NCBI RefSeq assembly: GCF_009914755.1
Contig: NC_060929.1
Source: the human T2T-CHM13v2.0 reference genome, Homo sapiens
Strand: one strand, 5' to 3'
Length of the DNA stretch: 64,000 bases
Shown here in pieces: positions 12,280 through 24,199 of the stretch. The notes beneath the pieces were generated by a model. That model was not told where the DNA came from and ran no database searches. It saw only the letters and a program-made list of their open reading frames with translations. Within the stretch, counting starts at the first letter, position 1. The number at the start of each line of letters is the position of its first letter. A program made the position numbers and the translations under genes.

Positions 12280-14230
12280 CTTATTGAACAAATTCATGGA
12301 AGGCCTACAAAATACTGGGCACTCTTCTAGAAGATGAGAGTAGAATGATGAACATAATAGACTGTGGCCATGAATCCTTTTTTGAAAGAAATGAAGAAAA
12401 CAAGGGAGCAATTCAAAATGTGAGAATAAGACAAATCAGAATAAATGGGTAAATAAATGAATGGGAGGGGGCTGTGGGGCAGTGACTCCCACTAAAGAGA
12501 AAGAGCCCTAAGTACAGGGTTTCTGGACTGAATTTTCCCACAATTTATTTCCAGTGCTGACAACATAGTAGGGCACTGAATAGAGAGTTTAGGGAAAGCT
12601 TTTCTGAGAAGATCACATTTTAGCAGAGACCCCATGAAGAGAAGCAGGAGAAATGTGGAGACCTTGAGTGACTGTGTGCAGAGACAACAGCAGCAGGTCT
12701 ATGAGCCCTGAATAGGAAAATGTTCAGCCCTGAATGGGAATAGGTTCAGCCCTGAATGGAAATAGATTGAGGCCTGAATGGGAATAGGCTCAGTCCTGAA
12801 TGGAAATAGGTTGAGCCCTGAATGGGAATAGGCTCAGTCCTGAATGGAAATAGGTTGAGCCCTGAATGGGAATAGGTTGAGTCCTGAATGGAAATAGGTT
12901 GAGCCCTGAATGGGAATAGGTTCAGTCCTGAATGGAAATAGGTTGAGCCCTGAATGGGAATAGGTCAAGCCCTGAATGGGAATAGGTCAAGCCCTGAATA
13001 AGAATAGGTTCAGCCCTGAATGGGAACAAGTTGAGCTCTGAATGGGAATAGGTTCAGCCCTGATTAGGAATAGATTGAGCCCTGAATGTGAATAGGTTGA
13101 GCCCTGAATGGGAATAGATTGAGCCCTGTATGGGGATAGGTTCAGCCCTGAATGGGAGTAGGTTGAGCTCTCAATGGGAACAGATCGAGCCCTGAATGGG
13201 AATAGATTGAGCCCTGAATGGGAATAGGTTCAGCCCTGAAAGGGAATAGGTTCAGCCCTTTTAGAGACCAGTCATGGCAGCAAGAAGTTCAGGGAGGTGC
13301 GAGGGGCCAGGTCACAGTGGGGAACAGTGGAACAGTGGGGTCATGTGGGATTGTGGGGTCACCTGGGACCAAGGAGTCATGAAGCCTTCTGGATATTTTT
13401 CTAGGAGTAAAAGGGAGCCATCGGGTAGCTCTTAAGTAGAAGGCTTGCCTGTTCTGATATATTTTAAACAGAATCAAAAATTTTTCTCTGGAGAATGGCT
13501 TACTGGGAATTAGAGAAAAATAGATATAAGAACATGTTAAGCAAATAGTCACATTATTTATAAAATTAATTATCAAAAGTGAAAGTTCCAAGTAGAGAAT
13601 GTGCAGGGTTCGATCATAACCAATGACAAGCTATGTCAGTGTAGGGCTTACCTGGGGGTCAAAAAACTTCTTTAAAGAAATCACTCATGGAAACCTTGTC
13701 ATTGAAGATTATTTTTAACCTGTGAGTAATTGATTCAGAAAGAGACACTGGAAGGTCATTCTTGTCTGGGCGCATGAGATGAGGATCTCTTGAGCTGATT
13801 GGCACAGGGGCCAGATCACAGAGGCAGCAGGCTGAGACTGATGATGTAGGGTCTTGCAAACAATGTAGGGATTTGGGTCCAGGCCTCTAGAACAATGGGA
13901 AGCCATGGAGGGTGCCAGCCAGCGAATTCATGGCCCACCTGTTGAATTTAAAAGGCCCACAATGCTGGACTGAAGATAATGGATGGAGGGGAGCCACAGG
14001 GTTGGGAGGAGGCTGGTCTGCACCTTAGCAGTGGCCCCAGGAGGACACAGCAATGTGGGCAGCAGAGGTTGGCAAGTGAGACAGAGAAACAGTATTAGGA
14101 GGGAGAGTTCTTGGGACCCACTGACAGAAAGTTGGAGGTTGCAATGGGGTATGGAGTGTGGCCCCAAAGGTCCTGGCATACACAATGAATGGGTGGCTCT
14201 GCCCTTCGCTGATGAGAGAGAGGAGGTGCT
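12280..14230 (-). mobile_element. L2 fragments, interrupted by the 22-bp minisatellite
   Basis: Reverse L2 3' end at 12280-12360, agggaaagcttttctgagaagatcacatttt at ~12590, and ggggccag(g/a)tcacag..ggga(a)gccat segments at ~13300 and ~13810. Confidence 0.65.
12703..13259. repeat. Minisatellite, 22-bp unit (G/C)AGCCCTGAATGGGAATAGGTT, ~25 copies
   Basis: Directly visible tandem array with few substitutions. Confidence 0.97.
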
Positions 14231-14337
14231 GAGGTCAGTGATTTATAGTCCAGAGACTGTAGCCTTCTCCTTTTCCAAGTCACCACCTAATGGGCCTTAG
14301 ATGCCACGTTAAGTTACAAGGAAGCTTTTAAAATGTG

Positions 14338-15565
14338 TTCTTCAGGACATTGGTTTGAGCAAAGCCTTTTTGGATGAGACCTCAAAGCACAGGCAACAAA
14401 AGCAAAAATAAAAAACAGGATTACATTAAGCTAAAAAGCTTCTGCAAAGCAAAGGAAACAATCAGCAGAGTGAAGATACAATCCACAGAATAGGAGAAAA
14501 TATTTGCAAACTATCAATTTCATGAGCGATTAGTAACGAGAATATGTAAGAAACTCAAACAACTCAGATGCAAAAAACACATAATTTGGTTTAAAAATGG
14601 GTAAAAGATCTGAATAAACATTTCTCAAAAGAAAACAGACAAATGGCCAACAGTTGTATGAAAAAGTTCTCAACATCACTAGTCATCGGGGAAATGCAAA
14701 TCCAAACCGCAATGAGATATCATCTTACTCCAGTTAGAATGGCTTTTATCAAAACCACAGGGACTAACGGATGCTGGCAAGGATGCAGACAGGGGAGTGC
14801 TCACACATTGCTGGTGAGAATGTAAATTAGCACAGTTACTACAGAGAACAGTATGGATGGTCCTCAAAAAATTAAAAATAGAGTGACCATATGATCCAGC
14901 AATCCCACTACTAGGTGTGTGAAGGAAATCAAAATATTGAAGAAATACCTGCTCTTCCGTGTTTATTGCAGCACTATTCACAACAGCCAAGATATGGAAT
15001 CAACCTACGTGCTTATCAATGGATAAATGGATAAAAATATAAATATTATATATATAATTTAATATTACTCAGCCATAAAAAATGCCATCCTGTCATTTGC
15101 AACAACATGGATGGAGCTGGAGGTCATCGTGTTAACTGCCATAATCCAGGCACAGACAGACAAATATTACATGTTCTCACTCATACGTGGGAGCTCAGTA
15201 TGTGGAATTAATGAAGACAGAGAGATGATCGTTGGTTCTCAAAGGCTGGGAAGTGGAGAGAAGAAGGGCGATGAAGAGAATTGGTTATTGGGAATAAAAA
15301 TACAGTTAGATAGAAGGAGTAAGATCCAGTGTTCAAAAACACAGTAGGATGAGTATAATAACAACATCGTACTGCGTAGATCAAAAAAGCTACAAGAGAA
15401 GAACTAGAATAACCCCAATACAAAGAAAAGCTAAACATTGGAGGTGATAGATATACGAATTTCCCTCATTTGATCAATACATATTGTAGTGAATGCATGC
15501 AATATCAAAATATTGCATATTTCCACCAAAGAATGTACAATTCTTATGAATAAAATCAGAAAAAA
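14338..15565 (+). mobile_element. 5'-truncated L1MA-type LINE-1 (ORF2 end plus 3' UTR)
   Basis: ORF 14643-14825 ([32 protein letters not shown]) is the L1 ORF2 C-terminus. L1MA-like 3' UTR (aaatacagttagatagaaggagtaagatccagtg) ends in an A-rich tail. Confidence 0.9.
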
Positions 15566-15621
15566 TATTTTCTGCAGAAGATAAATAGACTCTGGTTTTA
15601 ATTCAAGAGCCTACACTTTTA

Positions 15622-16251
<630 letters not shown>

Positions 16252-16619
16252 CTTTTCATTCTTGTGAGTATCATCCAGACACATATATTGATATATAGTT
16301 TTGACATTTAATAATAGTTGAGAGGCTACAGTCTTCACAGCACCCTCTACTTTTCAGCATCCAGAATTTACCCTTTTTTTGTACACTCAGTTCCTCCTAT
16401 GTTGATAGCCCAGCCAACATATATCAGCTCTTGCATATGGGTGGCATGGACTCAAGAGACGATCTGAGAGGAGAGAATCAAAGAGGTAGAGGGAAGGAAA
16501 GAAAGCCTACTTTGGTCTATGTAGTAAAGGCAGTTGGTCAAAGAGAGGAGAAAAAAATGCCTAGACAGCAGCTGGTGAGAGAGTTAAATTTTGAGTTGCT
16601 TGGCAGAAAATTGGGGGCT

Positions 16620-17050
16620 GTATCAGTCAGGACAGGCAGCATCATGCTGCAGTAATGACAAACCCAACAATAACATCTCAGTGGCAAGTACCATGAGAGG
16701 CTGCTTTTTCACTTGTTGTTACATACACATGATGGTGTTCTTTCCAGAGATGGCTGGTCTTCTGAGTCATTTGTCATTCTCCTTCTAGGATGCAGGCTGA
16801 GGAGCAGCCACAAGTGAAGTGTTGCCTGTCACCTCAGCAGTGGAAAAAAGAGGGCACTTCCTCTTTTTTCAGGGACTACTCTCATTTCTCCTGCTGGATG
16901 TGACCATGTTACCCTGTGGGTGACTCAGACCACCTTTGCTCCCTTCTCAGTGGCCAAACCCCATTATATGACCACCAATGAGTTGGATAGGGCAGGGCTG
17001 TAATGCTCCCATAGGTAACAGGGCTTTCAATCAAGGAAGAATCATGCCTT
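16620..17050 (-). mobile_element. Old MaLR LTR (MLT1K/L-like)
   Basis: tatcagtcaggacagg..atgctgcagtaa..atctcagtggc and caggctgaggagcagcc motifs typical of a reverse MLT1. Confidence 0.55.
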
Positions 17051-17289
17051 CTGCTTTAGGGTGGAAGGGAATGTGATCTCCTAACACTCATAGTAGATTA
17101 TGAGCACACATCCTCATGTGAAAATACTGTGGGCACTGTGCATAAAATAAGATTTGTTTAATTATCTCTGGTGGTGGCAGTTCCTTCCTCAAAGTCATAT
17201 TTGTCCTCACATCAACTGGGCTTCACACCTCCCAGAGTCACAGGGCTGGACAGGGTCTTCCTCACCTGAAGCAATTCATTTTGAGATGT

Positions 17290-17616
17290 ATTTTCTCCCA
17301 TTCTGTAGGTTCCCTGTTCAGTCTGATGCTAGTTTCTTTCGCTGTGCAGAAGTCTTTTAGTTCAATTAGATCCCATTTGTCAATTTTGGCTTCTGTTGCC
17401 ATTGTTTTTGGTGTTTTAGTCATGAGGTCTTTGCCCATGCCTATGATGTCCTAAATGGTATTGCCTAGGTTTTCTTCCAGGGTTTTTACAGTTTTAGGTC
17501 TTCCGTTTAAGTCTTTAATCCATCTTGAGTTAATTTTTGTATAAGGTATACAAATTTTTGTATAAGGTATAATTTTGTATAAGGAAGGGATCCAGTTTCA
17601 GTTTTCTGCATATGGC
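17290..17616 (-). mobile_element. Internal L1PA ORF2 fragment, no poly(A), no TSD
   Basis: Close match to reverse primate L1 (ttttctcccattctgtaggtt..gatcccatttgtcaattttggc..ggaagggatccagtttcag). Confidence 0.92.
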
Positions 17617-18262
17617 ACACCGCCACCAGCCCTCCCAACAGACGGGGCCTGGTCAAGACGACAGCCACTGAAAGCCACTCTCAGCATGGAGCAGGGAGGC
17701 CTTGGGGTCGAATTACCCTGGGATTGAATTACTAGAAGCACACTCAAAATGAAGAAAGTTGCTTCTAAAAATAGGAAAAAGAAACCCACACGGATGAAAG
17801 TCAAAGAGGAGAAAAAGCAGAACAAAAACCATTTGGCTTTACAAACATCCACACAATTTTAAAGTAGGGTTCCATCCTGTCCCTCTGGAACAACAACGGC
17901 TATGACGAAAAAGCAGCCAGGTTCTCTTTTCCTACAAGACCTGCTTTTTCAACTTCTTGGTGAAATGTGATGTAGCAGCAGAGAGGCCCAGCTTGCACCC
18001 TGAGATCACAGGAGCGCTTGCGGGTGGCTTCATCTTTAACCCCTTGAGGCCACCAAACAGCCATTACCTGGCCAGGCAGAGCTGAAGACGACCCTCACGG
18101 GGCTCTAACCTGAGCCCATAGCAAACTGTTTTCCCTGGATCTGGGACAGAATCCCTTCAGAAGCCCACTCATGGGCAAGGCAGCTTCGAGTGGACTTGCA
18201 GCTGTTGAGAACTGACCTCCCAGTGGGAGCTCGGGCCTTGATTCCCCACTGACTCCTCAAAG

Positions 18263-18797
18263 TGTCTCCCAGAGCCTAAACTGTCTCCCAGAGCCTGTCT
18301 CCCAGAGCCTAAACTGTCTCTCAGAGCCTAAACTGTCTTTCAGAGCCTGTCTCCCAGAGCCTGTCTCCCAGAGCCTAAACTGTCTCCCAGAGCCTAAACT
18401 GTCTCCCAGAGCCTGTCTCCCAGAGCCTAAACTGTCTCCCAGAGCCTGTTTCCCAGAGCCTAAACTGTCTCCCAGAGCCTGTCTCCCAGAGCCTAAACTG
18501 TCTCTCAGAGCCTAAACTGTCTTTCAGAGCCTGTCTCCCAGAGCCTAAACTGTCTTTCAAAGCCTAAACTGTCTTTCAGAGCCTGTCTCCCAAAGTCTGT
18601 CTCCCAGAGCCTGTCTCCCAGAGCCTGTCTCCCAGAGCCTAAACTGTCTTTCAAAGCCTAAACTGTCTTTCAGAGCCTGTCTCCCAAAGTCTGTCTCCCA
18701 GAGCCTGTCTCCCAGAGCCTAACTGTCTCCCAGAGCCTGTCTCCCAGAGCCTAAACTGTCTCCCAGAGCCTAACTGCCTCCCAGAGCCTAAACTGTC
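18263..18797. repeat. Minisatellite: 14-bp core CTGTCTCCCAGAGC with optional CTAAA (14/19-bp units, 33-bp composites), ~32 units
   Basis: Directly visible; it also explains the GSGRQFRLWET-repeat ORFs on the minus strand. Confidence 0.97.
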
Positions 18798-20379
18798 AGC
18801 TCTGCAGGGTCCTATTCCCTGCCACCTTCGAAGCCATCTCAGCACGACTCACCTGCTGAGTGGCAGGCAGGGCGAATGGTCCCCTACTCACCTTTGCTGG
18901 CTTTTCATTGACAAATTGCCTTTGTCCATACAAGAAATGAATTCTCAAGATATATCTTAAATGCCCCCTGGTTGTGAACATGGCTGAGGGTGCTATGTAA
19001 TAATAAGTAGTTTTTGTCTTCAAATAATAATTCTAGCATATGATCAAAAGCAAATGCATCAAGCTTTGTAACAGGCAACAGCCCCAGCTCGGGGGTTTGG
19101 GATGCCTTGACCAGCAGCCTGCAAACCTGGCTTCATGGTGAGGAAAGGCGTTGCGATCCTTTTCTAGGGCTGGGGAATCTTAGCAGATCCTGAGAGCTTC
19201 ATTTCATCTGCGGACTCCAACAGAAGCATTTTGCTTATTTTGATTTGGGGAATACAAAGGGTTTTAAAAATCATTTTAATTTTGACACTTAACTGGGATA
19301 AGAACAAAGAAACCCTCTTAGAAAAAGAAAGGAGATTTTTCACTTGAAATAAACCACCCTAACTGTCTGATGCTCTCATCAGCTCCTGCCAGGACTCTAG
19401 TGGGTGACTGAGGCCGCCTTTCACCCTAATGAGTCCATCCATCCTGATGACGTCACCACGAGAAGACACCTCACATCCACCTGCATCAACACCCATCAAG
19501 GGCGGGTGGAAACTCAATGAACATCTTCTCTCCCACAGGGCTCCCCGAGTGTCACAGCCGCTGACAGCCTGCTCTGTGTGGCCCCAAGGACCTCACCCAG
19601 CCGGCCACGCTCCCCGTGGCACAGTGGCCCTCCTCTGCTTCTCTCCGAATGATGTGAAGCAAATGTTACTGGAGAGCCTTCTTTCTGCCCTCTGGAGCGA
19701 TTCTTCTTAAAGTGAGCTCCCTAGAGCACTGCCCTGTCCCCCAGATGTGCCCTGGAGCTCTGATGCCCAAATCCAATGCTGGAGCCCACATGCCAGGCGT
19801 GGGAATGCCAAAGGACACGAAGCCAGGGGAAGTATGCTCAGAAAATGTTCATAATGTAAAAAGTCTTCATTTCATGCCTAAATTGTCTGTTAGAATTAAA
19901 TGTAAGCTCATATCAAATTTAGCACAAATGTATAGGCCTAATTATTTTTAGTTTAATGTAGAGATTATGTAGAATTTTGTAACTCAACTAGTTTGGGAAC
20001 CACTTGAAAGGATACAGCAACAACAGGCCAATTAAACAGGAAATTCTTGTCCTCTTCAAAGAGGAGAAGATGAGAACAGAGACTAAGAAGGATAAAGGAG
20101 AGAATAAGACCAGGAAATACTTCCCAGAAAGAGGAGGCAGGATTTCGCGTTCAACAGATGAGAAAGAGGACAGAGAAGAGCAGAAAACTATTAAAAGGTA
20201 GGATTCTGATTCGATGGGCAGAAATGATTTTTACAATGAGAAAAGTTGCCCATAATTCTTGACTGGCAATGTATTTTACAATGCTGTAAGCATTTATTTC
20301 AATTTCTTCTGACTGTACAAATTCCTTTTCTGTGCTTTAATTTCATGGCACCTTTAATCCATAATGATAATGAAAATAA

Positions 20380-20590
20380 CACCTAACATTTACATAACAT
20401 GCTACAATTTTAATTTATAAGATTTTATATAATTTAATCCTTCAAATAATGCCTTATGTAAACACGGCTTTTACTTAATTTTTATGAGTGGGGAAACAGA
20501 GGAGTAAGAAAGAAAATTATATGCCTTTGATCGTGCAGGAAATATGCACTAACACTGGACTTAGAATGGAAGTCCCTAACTCCCAAACAA
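20380..20590 (-). mobile_element. MIR
   Basis: aataacacctaacatttacataacatgct..tttaatccttcaaataat..ttttatgagtggggaaacagagg. Confidence 0.55.
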
Positions 20591-21049
20591 ACACATGCAC
20601 TGTTCATCACAGGCATATGAATTCTGGGTAATGGATTGGCTGAAAGCAACAGCCTTGCCAGAGAAGTCTATCATTAGCAGTGTATCACCGATTAAATGGA
20701 TAAAGTTATTCTAAAGAGGCTTCAACAATGGAGATCTTGAGTTTGTTCTTTTAGACATTCTCTCCGCATTTTTCCCTCACTTCTTCTACAGTTGACCCAC
20801 TTCTGTCTTAACACATTTTTAAAATTATGGTTATGTAATTAAGTGGCTCCTTGGTGACGTTTTTGAGGAAATTTTGAAGTACTGTATTAATTCCTGAAAA
20901 GAGACATGCAAGATCTATCTCCAAACCCTCAGAACTTGGGCACCACCCCAATCAAACTGTTTCTTAGAATGTGGATGTAAATACACCAATTAGCAGTTCA
21001 CTGAATGAAGGGGGCTATTGAAACTTACAAAACACATGCGTGATTGTTG

Positions 21050-21700
21050 AAAAGCTTGTCGAATGTCTTCCCTCCCACAATTCAAATATTATTCAAACCA
21101 GTGATTAAAGTTAAGAGCTGTTTCCAATAAATGACTCACATCATATATTGCCTTTCAATTACCAAATTATCCATGCTATTGGCCATTAACAGGCCACTCG
21201 ATTAAAAGGACAATGGAAAAAGTAATTCAGATTCCAGCTTAAAGATCTCCTCCTCTCACTTCCCAATTAACACTTACAACATGCTGGCCACAGGCAATTC
21301 TCAGAGTGCTTTGCCTGACTTAATTTTGCTTTTAGCACTCAGTGCCAGGAATACCTAGAAAATTATCTACTAATTATCTGGCATTATCTATGTTGGTTCA
21401 TGTCTAAAGAACAGCTCATCTAATTACAAGGCCCTTTGCTATTTGACTCTAAAGAGTGGGTTTAACTGAGAATTTCTCCAAAAGGGCTTGCACTAAGGGC
21501 TGGTAATTATGTGCTTTGCGTTCTTTGGAGGGAGTTCTCTCAGGTATCAACAACAAACAGTTACTGAAAGGATGCTTGCACAGCAGGTGCGCTGTAAGTA
21601 ATAATTACATCGTGACATTTCCAGTGTTTTCTTCTACTGGACAATTAGCAAACAGTATGCTAACTTATCCCTAACATTCTCAAGAGAACTCTGAACTCTC
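21050..21700. promoter_or_regulatory. Candidate enhancer (repeat-free, motif-dense)
   Basis: AP-1 TGACTCA at 21132, SOX-like ACAATGG at 21210, three TTATCT sites at 21363-21389, four TAATTA sites. Motifs only; no functional data. Confidence 0.3.
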
Positions 21701-22049
21701 ACACCCCTTCTAAAAAGTCCATGGAATCTTCTACAGAGCAGACCTGCTATAATAGTAAAAAGTGAGTGCCCTCTGAGCAGGTGTTTTTTGAACAAGTTTA
21801 GGATCGAAGAAATAAAATTTGATTTTATAGTAGGCTGGCATCTAGTCTTAGTCAGTATGCTACTGAGAACATGGGAGTTATAAAATTGTCAGGGCTGAAG
21901 AGGTATATTAATGACTGAATTTATGTGGCTGCTTTATCCATTTAATATGAGCAAGAACATACCCCTAACAGGCTAGAAAATTCTGAAATGGTAGCTAAAA
22001 CAAAGAAGCATCTTTAATTCCTAGGGTAATATGGCACGGTTATTATTGT

Positions 22050-22220
22050 TTTCCTTTAAAATTTAAAGCAATTACAAACCTCAAGAGAAGTTAAAAGTAT
22101 GGTTTAAATAATTTTTTTTCATGAATTGGGGAGGAATTGACTGGCCTGATGCCCCATCACACTTAAATACTCTGTTAAGCATTTTCTACCAAAAAGGACA
22201 CTCTCCTACAGAATTCTACT
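22050..22220 (-). mobile_element. L1MC4/5-like 3' end fragment
   Basis: tgatgccccatcacacttaaatactc..aaggacactctcctaca matches the reverse L1MC terminal region. Confidence 0.55.
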
Positions 22221-22689
22221 AGAAAGTTCTGAGAGAATTTTGACTTTGCTGATGCAAGATTTACAGCACCCTCATTGCCCTTTCTTCCTTTTTTTCTGTC
22301 TGGGATACAATTTTGATTAGTATTAAGACTAATATCACTTTTTTCATTTAAACTTCTGTGTTCTTTTCTCTCTTAAAATTGGTTATAGTTCTGAAATTTA
22401 TTATGCTTTCTTTGTTTACTCATAAGTTTTTCCCTAGGTTTTCAGATGGATGATTAGTTTTTTTTATTAGGTTTCCGTAAAATCTAGTGGCTGACACTTT
22501 TGAGCCTTTAAATTAACACCAGAAACTATCTACCTCCACTTCAGACTTCCGATTACCTGGTAAAACTAATCCATATGTATTGAACTCATCATAATAAAGA
22601 CTGTATTACTTGCCCATAGGTGCAATTGATACATGGCCCTGTGAGGACCTGCATCTGCTGGGATCCATCTAGTTCTTGGACTTGCATTT

Positions 22690-22985
22690 CTTCCATTCTC
22701 TGGTTATTTACTTCACTATTTTTCAGTCTCATCTCAAGACCTCCCCTAAATTAATACCCACACCTATACACACATCCATCCCTCCCCCAAACCCTTCTTC
22801 TATTTTGTCCATAGCACTACTCACTTGAAATGTTTTGTTCATCTTTTTATTACCTGACTCTAATGCTGGAATGTACATTTTATATGGATAGGACCCTCAT
22901 CTGAGCTTCTTTCACTGAACAGGTGGTACTTAAAACAATAGTGGTGGACACTTAGTAAATATTCGCTAAATAAATAGAATGAACA
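22690..22985 (+). mobile_element. L2 3' end
   Basis: ccatagcactactcac..ctggaatgtaca..taaaacaatagtggtggacacttagtaaatattcgctaaataaatagaatgaa. Confidence 0.6.
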
Positions 22986-24199
22986 GCTCTAACTCTAAGA
23001 CGCAATTTATTTATCAAATTTCTGAACATGATATAAAAGTATAAGGTGTTCTTTTGGAATTTTACAATGAAAAAGACAATATATATATGGAAATTTAATA
23101 CTTGAATTGTCATGGCTGGTGTGTTTTTGCTCTGTGGTCCCATCTACAAGGAAAGAAAAATTATAGACATGAGATTACTGGGAGATGATGAAATGAACAG
23201 GCTTAGTTTGTTGGGCTTGACTGTTTTTTTGTTTGTTCTTATTGGTTACTTTCTATCGCTGATCATTTGGGGAGATTTGTAAAAGGAGAAGGAATAAGCC
23301 ATTATTTTTTTCTGCTATTTTTGGAGCAAACTATCTATGTTACCTCTCTGGTCATTTCCTTTTAAAAATTCTGTTTATTTGCATTCATTATCTTCTTAAT
23401 TAGTATTGCTAATAATATCACTTTTTCATTTTAATCTTTTTTTGTTCTGTTCTCTCTTAAAATTGATTATAGTACTTAAATTTATTATCCTTTTATTTTA
23501 GTGTATGTTTTTCCTAGGTGTTTAGAGGGATGATTAGTTTTTTAAAATTAGATTTCCATTTTATTCTCAAAAATTTATTTAAACTTAAAAAAAAGCTCCA
23601 ATTTTTATTTTAAATGTATGCTCATAACCTTACATGCCTAAAGTTGTTTATCATTATGCTATACTGTTTTCAGAATTCAGGTATTATTTTCTCTGTAGTC
23701 TCAGGGTTACTTAATAATGGGCTTAGTGATTTCCAAATGTGTGAAAACGTGTTATTGTTGTTGGCTGTGAGGTTGGGGAACACTCTAGGACCCTGATTAT
23801 TTAGAATGCATTGAGTCTTCTTTTGTTGTCCAATTCATGGTCTATTTTTGAAAACATAACAAAATGTGTAGTCTTTACTTATTGAATATAAGTTTTTAAA
23901 CTTTTATCTAAAAGTGTTGATTGACCATGTTATTTATACTTTTTATATCTTTCTTACTTTTGTTCTTTCAATATTACTATACCAGTTCATCAAAGGACTA
24001 GTTGAAATTTATTTCCCACCTATCCCCCCTTATCCTGTTTGTTCAATTCTAATTTCAAAATTGTACTTTTAAGCACATTTATATTAAAGACTTTCATATA
24101 TTTGGATCAATTGTTCTTACCAGTATAAAAAATCACTTTTGGTATCCTGTGATTTGGCCCTTAAGTGTGATGAAGAGTAATAATGAAGCAAGTGAAGCA

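Noticed and set aside
17620-18240. Possible processed pseudogene or exon next to the L1 fragment (Lys-rich reading)
   Set aside because: No sustained ORF, poly(A), TSD or recognisable parent gene; a BLAST search would be needed to revive the idea.
18375-18845. GSGRQFRLWET repeat-protein ORFs
   Set aside because: Translation of the 33-bp composite minisatellite unit; non-ATG starts.
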